From NCBI RefSeq assembly GCF_009914755.1, contig NC_060937.1: 64,000 nucleotides of DNA, one strand, 5' to 3'. This document shows, piece after piece, positions 13,888 through 29,900 of this stretch. The translations under genes were made by a program, and so were the position numbers. Below the pieces are notes generated by a model. It was not told the DNA's origin and searched no databases. It was given only the letters and a program-made list of their open reading frames with translations. The stretch is from the human T2T-CHM13v2.0 reference genome, Homo sapiens. How positions within the stretch are numbered: the stretch's first letter is position 1; each line of letters starts with the position of its first letter.

Positions 13888-14868
13888 ATTAAAATTCTGA
13901 GAAAGATTGTGTAGAATTGATAGTAATTCTCTCACGAGTGATTGATAGAATTCATCTGTGAAATCATCCAGATCTGGGGTTTTGTTTGCAGGAAGGCTTG
14001 TAACTACAAATTTAATTTTTATAATAGATATAGGACTATTTAGATTGGCTATTTATTCTTAAGCTTTGGTAGTTTATGTCACTCAATGAATTTGTCTTTT
14101 TAATATAAGTTGTCAAATTCATAGGTATAAAGTTGTTCACAAGAATAACTTATCTCTTCATAGTGTCTGCAGATCTATAGTCATGACTTTTATTTGTATT
14201 AGTGGTAATTTATATTGGTTCTCTTTGCCTCCCTCCAGCCGCTCCAGCTGTCCCACACCTCTTTGCTTCATCGGGCTAGATAAATTACAGAACTAACCAA
14301 CATTTGATTTCACCAGTATTGTTTTATTGGGTTTTGTATCTTTGTTTTTTTCCCTCTTGTTCTAGTTATATTTTTTCTTTGACTTATTTTGAGTATAACA
14401 TGCTCTTCTTTTATAGTTTCTTAATGTGGAACCTAAGGTCATTGAATTGAAAGCTTCTATAGTAATATAAGTCTTTTAATGTTATACATTTCTCTAAAGC
14501 ACTGTTTTAGCTATATCTAATAAATTTTGATATGTTACATTTTTATTTAGCTCAAAAATTTTCTAATTTTCTTGGTGACTTCTTTGATCTATAGGTTATT
14601 TGGAATAAGTTTCCACATACTTAGGTATTATTATTCTGATGTATAGTTTTATTTATTTTTAATTCTACCGTGATCAGATATCATACTTTGTATAATTTGT
14701 CCTTTAAATTTATTGAGATTTCTTTTGCAATCTCAGATACTCTTAGCTTGATGACTGTTTCTTGTACGCTTTTAGAAGGCTATATTTTCTGCTGTTGGAT
14801 GGTATGTATGCCCCAATAACAATTTAGTAAAGTTGTTTGATAGTGTTGCTGAAATCTTCTATATTCTT

Positions 14869-15153
14869 TTGTAAGACAGAGTCTCACTCTGTCACCCAAG
14901 CTGGAGGGCGGTGGCACGATCTTGCTTTACTGCAACGTCTGCCTACTGGTTTCAAGCAATTCTCGTGCCTCAGCCTCCGAGTAGCTTGGACTACAGCTGC
15001 GTGCCACCACACCCAGCTAATTTTCTTGTATTTTTAGTAGAGACAGGGTTTTGCCATGTTGGCCAGGCTGGTCTCAAACTCCTGACCTCAGTGATCTGCC
15101 TTCCTCAGCCTCCCAAAGTGCTATGATTACAGGTATGAGCCACTGTGCCTGGC
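14869..15153 (-). mobile_element. AluS-like with almost no poly(A) tail
   Basis: Full dimer; 17-bp TSD aaatcttctatattctt at 14852 and 15154. Confidence 0.92.
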
Positions 15154-15489
15154 AAATCTTCTATATTCTTATTGGTGGATTTTTTTTATATGGGGGGAGG
15201 TGTCTTTTTAATCTACTGAGACAGGTGTGTTGAAATTTCAACAAAAATTGTAGATTTGTCTATTTCTCTTTCATTTGTATAGGCTTTGCTTCTTGCTTTA
15301 CAAAGCTATTATTAGATGCATTCACATGTAGGATTGCTGTGCCTTCTTGATGAATTGATTTTTTTTCTTCATATGAGAAGCATCCCTTCTTCCGGTTACT
15401 GTTCTTTTTATAAAGTCTAATTTGTCTGATATTAATTTAGCTCTCATTTTTTTGGAGTTTTTTTTTCTGCATAGGGTTATTTTTGTGTC

Positions 15490-15695
15490 ATGGGCTGGCA
15501 AACTATTGCCTATCTGCTGGCTGCCTGACTTTATAGTTTTATCGGAATGGTGGCACACCTTGTCTTTACACATTCCCTGTGTCTGCTTTCAAGTTACAGG
15601 TGAAGAATTGAGTAGTTATCATGGAGACCAAATGGCTTACAAGTCTAAAATTTTCAGTATGTGGCCTTGCAAGAAAAAGTTTGCTGACCCTCTGC
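15490..15695. mobile_element. MER58-like hAT-Charlie MITE
   Basis: gggctggcaaact...aagaaaaagtttgctgaccc termini. Confidence 0.65.
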
Positions 15696-17034
15696 ATTTT
15701 TTTGTAGACAGATTGTAATGGAGTCTTGCTATATTTCGTACATTCTTGTAATCTCTGCCTTTTGAGTCATAGTTTTAGATTATTTACATTTAATGTAATT
15801 ATTAATATTGCCACAATTCTGGCAGTTATCATTGCTGTTTATTCCGTATTTATTACATCTGTTTTTCTTTCTCCTTTTCCTATTTTATGTCTGGTTTTGG
15901 ATTAATTGAATATTTGTTATGACTTAATTTTACACATACTCTTGATTTATTAACTACACTTTTTTTTTTACATGTTTAATGGTTTTTCTAGAGTTTATCA
16001 TATGCATCATTAACTTAGTGCTCTCTAACTTAAAAGTAATATGCTACTTCAAGTTTAGGGTTAAGAACCTTATAAAAGTACACATATATTTCTCCCGCCA
16101 TGTCCTTTGTGCTGTTGTTGTTACTGTTTTTATTTCTACGTGCATTATCTTAAGCCCATAGTACATTGTTGTTATTTTTACTTTAGATAGTTATGTTTTA
16201 AAGAGATTTCAAACTGTGGAATTTTTTCTAAACAAGATACTTAACATTCTGGTGCTCTTCAGTTTTTTGTGTGGATTTAAAATTTCTGTATGTTTTCTTC
16301 TGTCTGATGAAGTTACTTACATTTCTCATAGTAAAAGTCTATGAGCAACAAATTCTGTCTTGTAGTTGGCTGCAGAAGTCTTTTTTTGCTTTCATTTATG
16401 AAATAGATTAGGATTTTTACTTGTTAGACTAAGAGAATTTAAAAGTGTATAGTCGTTTGGCCATTAACACTTCATTTTTAACTCATTTTACTTGTCACTT
16501 GACTACTGGCAGTCAGGTATCCTTACTATATCTATTGTTATAGACATATAAAGCCATTATAAAGGTGGTTATACAGCTTTTGAAAAATTGCGTGTTGCTT
16601 TAAATATATTTGAAAGATGTATTTTCAAGTAGGCACTTTATGATAGTCACTCCCTTTGTTTTCCCTTCCCTAGAGTTTTTATAGACTGTATTTGTAGCAG
16701 CATTTGATATACTCTTGGGTACAGTTATTTCTATAACACAGGAAATTGCCAATATGAATTACTTGAGAGAGGACCAGTGTAAAAGAAATAGGAAGCAAAT
16801 AAGTAATTTTCTATTTTACTTGCCTTTGTTTCTTAGCTGGGGTACAGGGTCATTAATGTTTATTATGTTCATGTGTAAATTATAAGTATTTTTCTGTTAT
16901 TTACTAAACAATTATCTAAAATTCATTTATTATACATGTTGATGGGGGCAGATCTTAAAGGTTAAATGCTTGGTGGAGATAAATATATATGTCTTGGGCA
17001 TGGTTTCTCTGGTATTCATATATTTATTTATGGT

Positions 17035-17220
17035 ATTGAGAAGACATGGATTTAAATTCTGATGCTAACACTAGCTTTGGGATCTTGGGCTGGTTATTTA
17101 ATGTATGCCAACCTCAGTTTCCTCATTTGAGACACCCATTGCACAGAATTTTGAGAATTAAATGAGGCTATACACATAAATTACTCAGCATGTGATAAAT
17201 GTTCACAAAATGGTGATTCT
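17035..17220 (+). mobile_element. MIR
   Basis: gatcttgggctggttatttaa...cctcagtttcctcattt MIR core. Confidence 0.65.
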
Positions 17221-18154
17221 TAATTATGTTTCTGCTTACATTTTTATCTCTGTATAATTTCATATAGCTTTATCTAGAAGAAGATTTATGTTTTAGAAAT
17301 TAATAACTCAAGAGCTTTATAATATAGATTGTGCCTACTTTGAAAAATAATTTGAATTGGCTTACAGTGAAAGATAGCAGTATACTAAAGGAAGGAAAGC
17401 AAAAACTAGTCAGGAAGACAGAATAAAGAAAGGAGATAATGAAGACAAATATAGTTATCAAAATTTGATCCTTAATTTTTAATTTCCTGGAAACCAAGGC
17501 TAAAAGGATAATATGGTGGCTTACACTATTCTTATTGTATATTAAAAGAAAGCATACTAGTTCATTAAGGTGCTTAACATTTTCCCCCAGATTTTATGAT
17601 AAGAAAAATGTATTTCTTTATAAAGGGACACTGTCAGTGTAACTGATGGGAGAAGTCACCTACAGGTCAGATGCCTAAGGAGATGAGAAATTATACTACT
17701 GATCTCATACTATATTCTTAACTTGTTTATATTTTAAAGGGCTTTCATACTTTTTTCAATTTTTATCTTTGTGTCCTGTATAAGTTATATTAAATATAAT
17801 TTATAGTAGAGCTATAGTAGATCCTATAAAAGTATGCGATCATAGAGGAGGGTAGTATTAATTTTGAAAAGAAATGTTTCAGATGATCTCATCAAGGAGG
17901 TGGAAGTTAAGTTGGGCCTTGAAGACATTACTAAGGTTTAGAGAGACAAAAGTACGTACATCTGTGTGTGTATGTAAATATAGTTACCTATACAAAAGAA
18001 AAAGTGTGAGTAAAAACAAGGAAATATAGAATAATGCAGTGGTCACAAAGTAGAACATGGCAGAAGTGAGCTTAGGAAGACTGGGCAGGTCAGATCTTGA
18101 AGGATCATGAATGCTATTAAGAAATTTGGTCTTTCTTTAGAAAATCGCAAGGCT

Positions 18155-19950
<1,796 letters not shown>

Positions 19951-20318
19951 TTTAATGCCTGTGACGTCTTTGTTTTAGACTGAGAGCTCTAGTGGGAGAG
20001 TGATGAATTGAATAAAAGAGATGTCTCATCCTTTTATCTCTCACTAGTCTCACTTGTCTCTCTTACTAGTCTCACTTGTCTCTCACTAGTTTATTTTGCT
20101 ATCGCTTACATTTTCTTCTCCATCTTCATTTTGTTTTTTACAGACTCAGGTTATTATATTAGGTTATTCTAATGATCAGTGAGAGGTTCTTTTCTGTTTT
20201 AATCTGTTTTACATACTACTGACATGCTGAGTTGTTTGGAAAAAATTTTAATTAGCTCCTTATTCCTATTCTAAGTGAACAAATTCTTTTGCATTTTGAT
20301 TTTTTTTTTCTTGAAGTC

Positions 20319-20676
20319 TGATATAATTTGGCTCTGTGTCCCAACCCAAGTCTCACCTTGAATTGTAATAATCTCCACATGTCAAGGACAGGACCAGGTG
20401 GAGATAATTGAATCATGGGGACAGTTTCCTCCATGCTGTTCTCATGATAGTGAGTGAGTCTTATGAGATCTGATGGTTTCATAAGCATCTGGCATTTCCC
20501 CTGCTTGCCCTCATTCTGTCTCCTGCTGCCCTGTGAAGAGATGCCTTCTGCCATAAGTGTAAGTTTCCTGAGGCCTCCCCAGCCATGTGGAACTGTGAGT
20601 CAATTAAACCTCTTTTCTTTATAAATTGCCCAGTCTCAGGTATTTCTTCATAGCAGTGTGAGAACAGACTAATATA
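20319..20676 (+). mobile_element. THE1-type MaLR solo LTR
   Basis: tgatataatttggctctgtgtccc...gtgagtcaattaaacctcttttctttataaat...cagactaatata; about 360 bp. Confidence 0.9.
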
Positions 20677-21009
20677 GAGCCTCCTTGTAATCTCACTGTA
20701 TTTCTCTGCTTTCTGTTTGCTGACTGTTCCCTGCTTTGTTTAGCTAGTGTGTTCACTGCTCTTTATATTTTATATCTCAGTTTTTTCTCTAGTATGGGGC
20801 ACTTTCTGTTTTCAAATGCATGGCAATATCTTTCATAGTTATCCATACCCATTGCAAATCTCATCTTTTCATGAAGATGTATTTTATTGGACTGCTATTG
20901 TACTATCCTCTTTTGTTTCTGAACTGTTGGTTAATACATTTTAGCAAATGATTGTTCCATAATTGTTTTATATATTCTTTCAATTGGCCAGCTAGATTGT
21001 TAGCTTCTA

Positions 21010-21140
21010 AAGCAGCACTACCAATAGAAATATAAAATGAGCCAGACATAGTTTTAAATTTTCTAGTAGCCACATTTAAAAATCAAAAGAAACACATAAA
21101 ATTAACATTAATAATATATTATATTAAACTCAGTATATCT
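21010..21140. mobile_element. MER33/MER3-like hAT fragment
   Basis: ccaatagaaatataaaatgagcca...ttttctagtagccacatttaaaaa. Confidence 0.6.
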
Positions 21141-21179
21141 GCTACTTTGGTGGTTAGCTGATATTTTGACAGTTACCTA

Positions 21180-23290
21180 CCTAAAATGCCAAGATAGAGA
21201 AGTATTCTATTACTACAAATATAGTCACACCCATCCTCTTACCCTCATAACCCTAACTCTTGGTAACTACTACTCTCTTTTCTGTCTTTATTATGTTGTC
21301 ATTTAGAGAATGTTCCATAAATAGAATCGTATTTTATGTGATCTTTGGAGACTGCTTTTCTTCACTCAACATAATGTCTGTGATATTTATCCAGGTTGTT
21401 GTGTGTATTGACAGTTGGTTCCTTTTTATTGCTGAGTAGTATTCCATGGTATGGACTTTCCACAGTTCATTTAGCCATGTACTTTTTGGGAGGGCATCTA
21501 GTTGTTTCTACTTTATGGCTATTACAAATAAAGCTGCTATTAACAATTATGTACAGGTTTTGTTGTAGCTATGTTTCCGTTTCCCTAGGATAAATTCCCA
21601 GTAGTGAAATTACTTGATAATATGCTAACTGTATGTTTAGTTTTGTAATATACTGCCAAACTATTTTCAGAGTGATTGTACCATTTTATATCCTTACAAG
21701 CAATTTATGACAGATCCACTTTTTTTTTTTTGCATCCACACCAGCACTTGCTGTTACTACTGTTTTCTGTTTTAACTGTTCTGATATATATGCAGGGATA
21801 ACTCTTTGTGCCATCCATAGATCCTCTTTGATCAAATGCGTGTTCATGTTTTCTGCCCATTTTCTGATTCAATGGCCAGCTTCTTTACTGTTGATTTCTG
21901 TTACATTCTAGATGAGTCCTTTATCAGATATGTGGTTTACAAATACTTTCTTCCAGTCTGTAGCTTATATTTTCAACTTTTTAACATGATCTTTCTCAGA
22001 GCAAAAGTTTTTATTTTTATGAAGTCCAATTTATTAATGTTATCTTGAATGGATCCTGCTTTTGGGGTCATGTCTAAAAACTTTTAGCCAGGCTCTAGGT
22101 CCTGAATATTTTCTGCTATGTTATCTTCTAAAAGTTTTATATTTTACATTTAAACTATGATTAATTATGAGTTAATTTTTATAAAAGATATGAAATATCT
22201 TATAGGTGGAGGTTCATGTTTTTTGGCCTGTTGATAACCAGTTGCTCTGACATTGTTTGCTAAAAAGGTTGTTCATCCTCCATTTAATTGCTTTTGTATC
22301 TTTTTTGAGAATAACTTGTTGATAATCATTTAGGGCTGTTTCTGGGTTCTCGCTTATGCTTCATGATCTATGTGTCTATCAACTCACCAGTGCTACAGGG
22401 TCTTGAATTATTATAGCAAGTCTTAAAATTAGAGAGTGATTCCTCCCACTTTATTTTTGTTTGTTCAAGAAAAAATTTAAGGTATTGTAATTCCTTTGCC
22501 TTTCATATAAAGTTCAGAATTATCTTGTTTACATCTACTAAAAATATTTCCGGGATTTATAGAAAATGCATTAAACTTATATGTTAATTTGAGGAGAGTT
22601 GATATCTTTATTATGTTGAATATTCCATGAACATAGTATGTTTCTATATTTATTTAGGTCTTTGATTTCTTTCATCAGTGATTTGTTGTTAAGAATGATA
22701 GTCTTGTACATAGTTTGTTAAATTTACATAGACAATTAATTTTTTAGTGACAGTAAATGGTATTTTAAAGTTTCTGTTTCCACATGTTCCCTGATAGTAT
22801 ATAGAAATAGAATTGACTTTTGTATGTTGATCCTGTTACCTAGCTAAACTCACTGAATGGTTACAGAGATGTTTTCCTAGATTCCTTGGTGATTTCTTTA
22901 GGCCGGTTCATGTCATATGCAGATGGAACAGTTTTATTTCTTCCTTTTAGATCTCTGTATCTTTTATTTCCTTTGTTTGCCTTATTACTCTGCATAGAAA
23001 TTCCAGTACTGTGTTGAATAGCAGTGGTTGTACAACTGTCAACACTGTCTGCATTCAAAACTTTTTCATCACCCCCTACAGAACCTTTATATTCATTAGG
23101 CAATACCCCCACATTTCCCCCTTCCTCATCTTTGGTAACTCTAATATACTTTCTTTCTCTATGAACTTGGCCTGTTTTAGATATTTCATGTAATTGCAGT
23201 CATATATTTGCCTTTTTGTGTCTGGTTCATTTCACTTAGCATAATGTTTCAAGATTAATCCATGCTGTAGCATGTATCAGAACTTCATTC
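21180..23290 (-). mobile_element. Old L1M 3' remnants (two pieces)
   Basis: Antisense L1M 3' UTR and ORF2 motifs; a second 3' end begins near 23030. Confidence 0.75.
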
Positions 23291-25984
23291 ATTTTTATGG
23301 CTGAATAATATTCCATTGTATGGACTATATTATTAAAAGTTATTATAAATTTTTAATAATTAAGACTGTAGTATTGGGCTTCTTTCTTTTTGTTTCTGCT
23401 TATTCATATTCCTTTGTTCAGTTACAGCAATGGTGAGAGGACAATTTTCTCAGAAACTTTTCTTGTCTACTTGACTGTTGAGGGCACAAACAATTAGTCT
23501 ATAACATTATGTGTTATATATGATATATAACACATATATATGTGTTTATATAATGATATATAAACATTTAGTCTATAACACCATAGTCTATAACACCACT
23601 GCTGTGGTGTGGATGGCTGTAATGGGAGTCCAAGAAAAACCATCTTTGTGGGTACTGGGAGGAGTTTCTGGATTAAGTGGTATCTAAATTGATATTTGTA
23701 GATTTAATGGAAGTTAACAAATCCAGAGTTTGAGAGGGAACCCGGTATCATGCATAGGGAGTAACACATACAAAGGATTTTCTATGAAGTGAGGGATGGT
23801 ATTGTAGAAACTTTCCTTATGGCAGTAGCTGGGAATTAGAAAAAACTGAGGCTGGGAGTTAATTTGGGCTTTCTGAAAAGTGTTACCATTTTAGAGTTTA
23901 TCCAAAATAACAAATTGCAAAGAAATCCAGCAGTTTAACAATTGTTCACTTTGATTTAAATAATGAACATTGAATTATTGCGTATGATCCTAATAATCTA
24001 AGATTTCAAATCAAGATATTTAAAGACTCACTCTATACCTAAAACATACACAAAAGGTACTTAAATTGCTAGTATTTGTAAACCTCAGTGCTCTTAGAAG
24101 ACAACATGTTTCCAAGTCAGCATTTTGTATTTCAAAATTTTTATTCAGTAAAGTTTATTTACTTTATGTAAATAAAAGTTACTGCAGTTTAAAAAGCTCA
24201 GCTGTGATATTTATTTTACACAAATTCACTTAAGACTGATTCTTGAGTAGCAAGCATCATTGTGGACCACTTCTCTAACAGCGGTAGTACCTTTTAGAAT
24301 TTTTTGAAGGCCTGGAGGAAAAGAACACCGTTAACTGTGCAAATAGAGTATCACAAAGATGCATTCAGATTTGTAGGATGTCTCAACTGGTTTATCCTTC
24401 TCTTTTATATATGGTCACAGTGATTTGACACATCTTTTCGAAGAACAGATTTTTAGTATTTAGCTTTGTTTTTTATTTAGCTTTTTCAGCTTTGCTACAT
24501 CATTTCCTTTGCTTTTTAAGATGTTTTCTTACGTGTTTTTAAAGTATTTTTATTTGATTTTCTTATATTTGAACCTTCAAAATCTTCTTTCTTGCTTTTA
24601 ACTTTAACAAATTCTTTTAAATTATGGTCTACTACATGTAGATGTTTCATTTCTTACCCATAAAAATCATTGTTTCCTCATTTTACTCTTCATAGAGCTT
24701 TATAAATATCCCCTCTCTTTCTTTCTTTCTTAAATCTACACCTCTGACTTCATAGCAAGTGATTAAGTGCATTTTGTAGTCTATATTAGGATCCTGGATC
24801 TACCGCTTACTTATGTGTGACCTTAGTCTTGTTGCTTAACCTCACTTATCTTCAGTTTCTTTCTATGAGGATAATGAAGCCTCACTGTAGTTCTTCATAG
24901 GATCGTTAGAGAATTGTTTAAATAATGAAGGTCAACTCTTTTTACTTATTATATGCTTTAGTTGCTAATAAGCAACTCATTACAAGCAAATAAATATTTT
25001 CCTAATCTTGGGATGATATTTTCATTCAGCAGTTAGCCTCTTTAACACGAATGTATTAAAAGTTAACAATAAAGGTTATAAAACCATCTCACTGTAGAAA
25101 GCATAGGCCCATTACAACATCTGTAGTAAATATTTTTACTGCTTCCGGCAATTAAATCAGAGAGCTAAATGATACATAGAAAGGGGCAATGTGTTTTTGG
25201 CTGCGAAAGATGTACACTCAGGCTTCACATAACAGAGCCTGATTGTTAGAATTACATATATTAATTGTTAATTCCTTTCACAGCCGACTCCACCAGCACC
25301 CCTGCAATGAGCCCATCTCTGCTATTTACATATGTAATTATTTGGCTCTACCAGACTCTGCTAAAGCAGTTACAACTGGTTTAGGAGATTCATCTAAAAA
25401 AATTCTCCAATACTCTACAATTCAAGTGTATACCCTTTATTCTACAAATTTATACAGAGGCCCATAGGCATAAACCTCATTATCAGCTTCTATTGGTTCA
25501 ATCAATAAGTGTCCGTATTGTTGATTTTCCAACCTTTTGTTTTTATATAGTTTATTTCTCGAGAACCTTTTCTGAGTTACCAATCACTAGTGTACAAGAT
25601 TCACAGTAGTGACAGACTGAAGTCAGTTGGGCTCATAATAATGAACAAAAAGGAGTTTTATAGTAAGACAATGGTATGGTAAAAAAGTGATGTTTGAGTT
25701 GGTTTCAGTAAATGTCCAAGTGATATCTAATAGAGTGTATGATCCATAATAAATTTGATTTTGCTGGAAACATAAGACTTAAGCTTGCTGAATTTCATGA
25801 TACTTCAGAGGTATTCGATTGGTGACTACTTTTTTTCTTTTTTTTTAATAGCTGGAAGCTGGGGTGGTTAGAGAACTGATAATTGCTAACCTTAACTGAA
25901 TGCTAACTGTATGTCTCCCATTGTGCCTAAGTACTTAACTCAATTATCTCATTTCATGCTCCCAACAATTTTATTAGACAGGAA

Positions 25985-26950
25985 CTTTTTTTTTCAGGTT
26001 TGTAGGCACATGTGAAGGTTTGTTACATAGGTAAACTCATGTCATGGGGGTGTGCTGTACAGATTATTTAATCACTCGGTTATGTATTAAGCCCAGTACC
26101 CAATAGTTATCTTTTTTGCTTCTCTCCCTCCTCCCACCCTCCACCTTCAAATAGAACCCAGTGTCTGTTGTTTCCTTCTTTATGTTAGTAAGTTTTCATT
26201 ATTTAGCTCCCACTTATAAGTGAGAATGTGTGGTATTTGGTTTTCTGTTCCTGCATTAGTTTGCTAACGATAATTAGCCTCCAGCTCCATCCATATCCCC
26301 ATAAGAGACATGGTATTGTTCCTTTTTATGGCTGCATAGTATTCCATCTGGTATATGTACCACATTTTCTTTATCCATTCTGTCATTGATGGGCATTTAG
26401 GTTGATTCCATGCCATTACTATTGTTAATAGTACTACAGTGAACATTTACATGCATGTGTTTTCATAGTAGAATAATTTGTATTCCTCTGGATATATACC
26501 CAGTAATGGGATTGCTGGGTCGAAAAGTAGTTTTGCTTTTAGCTGTTTGAGGAATCGCCATACTGCTTTCCACAATGGTAAAACTAATTTACACTCCCAC
26601 CAACAGCACATAAGTGTTCCCCTTTCTTTACAACTTCACCAGCACCTGTTATTTTTGACTTTTTAATAATAGCCATTCTTCTTGGTATGATATGGTATCT
26701 CACTGTTGTTTTGATTTGTATTTCTCTAATGATCAGTTTTATTGAGCTTTTTATTCATAAGCTTGTTGGCCACACTTATGTCTTCTTTTGAAAAGTGTCT
26801 GTTCATGTCCTTTGCCCATTTTTTAGTGGGGTTTTTTTTCTCTTGTAAATTTAAGTTCCTTATAGATTATGGATGTTAGACCTTTGTCAGATGCATAGTT
26901 TGAAAATATTTTCTTATATTCTGTAGGTTGTCTCTTTACTCCATTGATAG
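25985..26950 (-). mobile_element. 5'-truncated L1 (L1PB-like) 3' end
   Basis: T tail, gtttgttacataggtaaactc 3' UTR; ORF2 C-terminus WNQPKCPSMTEWIKKMWYIY (ORF 26264..26446). Confidence 0.88.
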
Positions 26951-26957
26951 TGTACTC

Positions 26958-29900
26958 ATAGTGTACAAGTGTTCCCTTTTCTTCACATTTTTGCCAGTGT
27001 TTATTATGCTTGTCTTTTGAATATAAGACATTTTTAACTGGGGTGAGATGATATCTCATTGTAGTTTTGATTTGAATTTCCCTGATGATCAGTGATGTTG
27101 AGTATCTTTCATATGCCCATTTGCCATTTGTATATCTTCTTTTGAGAAATTGCTATTTAAATCTTTTGCTCATCTTGGTTTGGATTATTAGATATTTTCC
27201 TATAGAGTTGCTTGAGCTCCATATGTATTCTGGTTATTAATCCGTTGTCAGATGGGTAGTTTGCAAATATTTTCTCCCATTCTCTGGATTGTCTCTTCAC
27301 TTTGTTGATTGTTTCTTTTGCTGCACAGAAGCTTTTTAACTTAATGTGATTCCATTTGTTCATGTTTGCTTTGGTTGCCTGTGCTTGTGGGGTATTGCTG
27401 GTGAAATTTTTGCTCAGACCAGTGCCCTGGAAATTTTCTTCAATGTGTTTTTATAGTAGTTTCATGGTTTAAGGTCTGAGATTTAAGTCTTTAATCCACT
27501 TTGATTTGATTTTTGTATATCATGAGAGATAGGGGTTTAGTTTCATTCTTCTGCATACAGATATCCAGTTTTCTCAGCATCATTTATTGAAGAGATTGTC
27601 TTTTCCCTAGTGTATGTTCTAGGCACCTTTGCGAAAAATGAGTTCACTGTAGGCATGTGGATTTGTTTCTGGGTTCTCTATTTTGTTACATTGGTCTCTG
27701 TGTCTGTTTTTATGCCAGTACCATGCTGTTTTGGTTACTATAGCTCTGTAATATAATTTGAAGTCAGGTAATGTGATTTCTCCAGTTTTGTTCTTTTTGC
27801 TTAGGATAGCTTTGGCTATTCTAGGTCTTTTGTGATTCCATATAAATTTGAGCATTGTTTTATCTATTTCTGTGAAGGATGTCATTGGTATTTTGATAGG
27901 GATTGCATTGAATCTATAGATTGCTTTGGATAGTGTGGATATTTTAACAATACTGATTCTTTCAATCCATGAACATGGAATATTTTTCTATTTTGGGTGT
28001 CCTCTTCAATTTATTTCATCAGTGTTTTATAGTTTTCATTATAGAGATCTTTCACTTCTTGGAGTACATTAACTCCTAGGTATTTAATTTTATGTGTGGC
28101 TATTGTAAATGGGATTATTTTTAAATTTCTTTTTCACATTGTTCACTGTTGGCATATAGGAATGCTACTGATTTTTGTATGTTGATTTTGTATCCTGTAA
28201 CTTTACTGAATTTGTTTATTATTCTAATAGTTTTCTTGTGAAATCTTTAGGTTTTTTTCAGGTATAAGATTCTATCATCCGCAAACAAGGATAATTTGAC
28301 TTCTTCCTTTCCCATTTGGATACCTTTTTCTAGCTTTCTCTTGTATAATTATGCTAACTGGGACTTCCAGGACTATGTTGAATAACAGTGTTAACCGTGG
28401 GTATCCATATCATGTTCCAGATCTTAGAGAAATGACTTTTAGTTTTTCGTTTTTCCCCATTCAGTATGATACTAGCTGTGGGTCTGTAGTATATGCTTTT
28501 TGTTGTGTTGAGGTATGTTCCCTCTGTCCTTAGTTTTTTGAGAGTTTTTATCATGAAGGGATGTTGAATTTTATCAAATGCTTCTTTAACATCAGTTGAA
28601 ATGATCTTGTGGTTTTTCTTCATTCTGCTGATATGATGTATCAGATTGATTGATTTGTATATGTTGAACCGTCCTTGTATCCCAGGGATAAATCCCATTT
28701 GATCATGATGGGTGATCTTTCTAATGTATTGTTGAATTTGGTGTGCTATGTTTTTTGTTGAGGATTTTTGCATCAATATTCATCAGAGGTATTGGCCTGT
28801 AGTTTTCTTTATTTTATTTTATTTTTTATGTGTCTGTGACTGGTTTTGGTATCCGGGTAATACGGGCCTCATGGAATGAGTTTGGAAGTATTCCTTCCTC
28901 CTCCATTTGGAAGTATGCCCTTCTCCTCTATTTTTCAGAATAGTTTGAGTAGGATTAATATTAGTTCTTTAAATGTTTGGTTAGAATTCAGCAGTGAAGT
29001 GCTTTTCTTTACTGGGAGACTTTTATTACAACTTCAGTCTTGTAGCTTGTTATTAATCTGTTCAGGTTTTGGATTTCTTCCTGGTTCAATCTTGGTACTT
29101 GTATGTGTGGAGCAATTCATCCATTTCTTCTAGATTTTCCAAATAATTTGCGTGTGGTTGCTCACAGTAGCCACTAATGATCCTTTGAATTTTTGTAGTA
29201 TCAGTTGTAATGTCTCCTTTTTTATTTCTGATTTTATTTATTTGGATCCTCTCTCTTAGTCTGGCTAAAGATTTGTCAATTTTGTTTAGCTTTTCAAAAA
29301 ATGAACTTTTTGTTTCATTGATCTGTTGTATTGTTTTCTTCATTTCAGTTTTATTTATTTCTGCTCTGATCTTTATTATTTCTTTTCTTCTACTAATTTT
29401 GGATTTGGTGTGCTCTTGATCATTTAGTTCTTTAAGGTGCAGCATTTGATTGTCTGTTTGATATTTTTTCTCTTTTTTGATATTGGCACTTATAAACATC
29501 CCTCTTAGTACTGCTTTTGTTGTATCCCATAGGTTTTGGTATGTTGTGTTTCTGTTATTATTAGTTTGAAGAAAATTTTCAATTTCCTTCTTAATTTCTT
29601 CATTGACCCGCTTGTCATTCAGGAGCATATTGTTTAATTTCCATGTATTTGTATAGTTTCTGAAATTTCTCTTGATGTTTCTAGTTTTATTCCGTTGTTG
29701 TCAGAGAAGAGCTTTATATTATTTCATTTTTTTGGAATGTCTCAAGATTTGTTTTGTGACCTAACATATGGTCTGTCTTTTCAGTTGATCCATGTGCTGA
29801 GGAAAAGAATGTGTATTCTGCAGCTCCTGGATGAAATCTTCTGTAAATATCTATTAGCTCAATTTGGTCTGTAGTGCAGATGAATTCTGATGTTTCTTTG

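Noticed and set aside
23495-23600. Repeated tagtctataaca motif around an AT-rich tract
   Set aside because: Explained by slippage in low-complexity (TA)-rich DNA.
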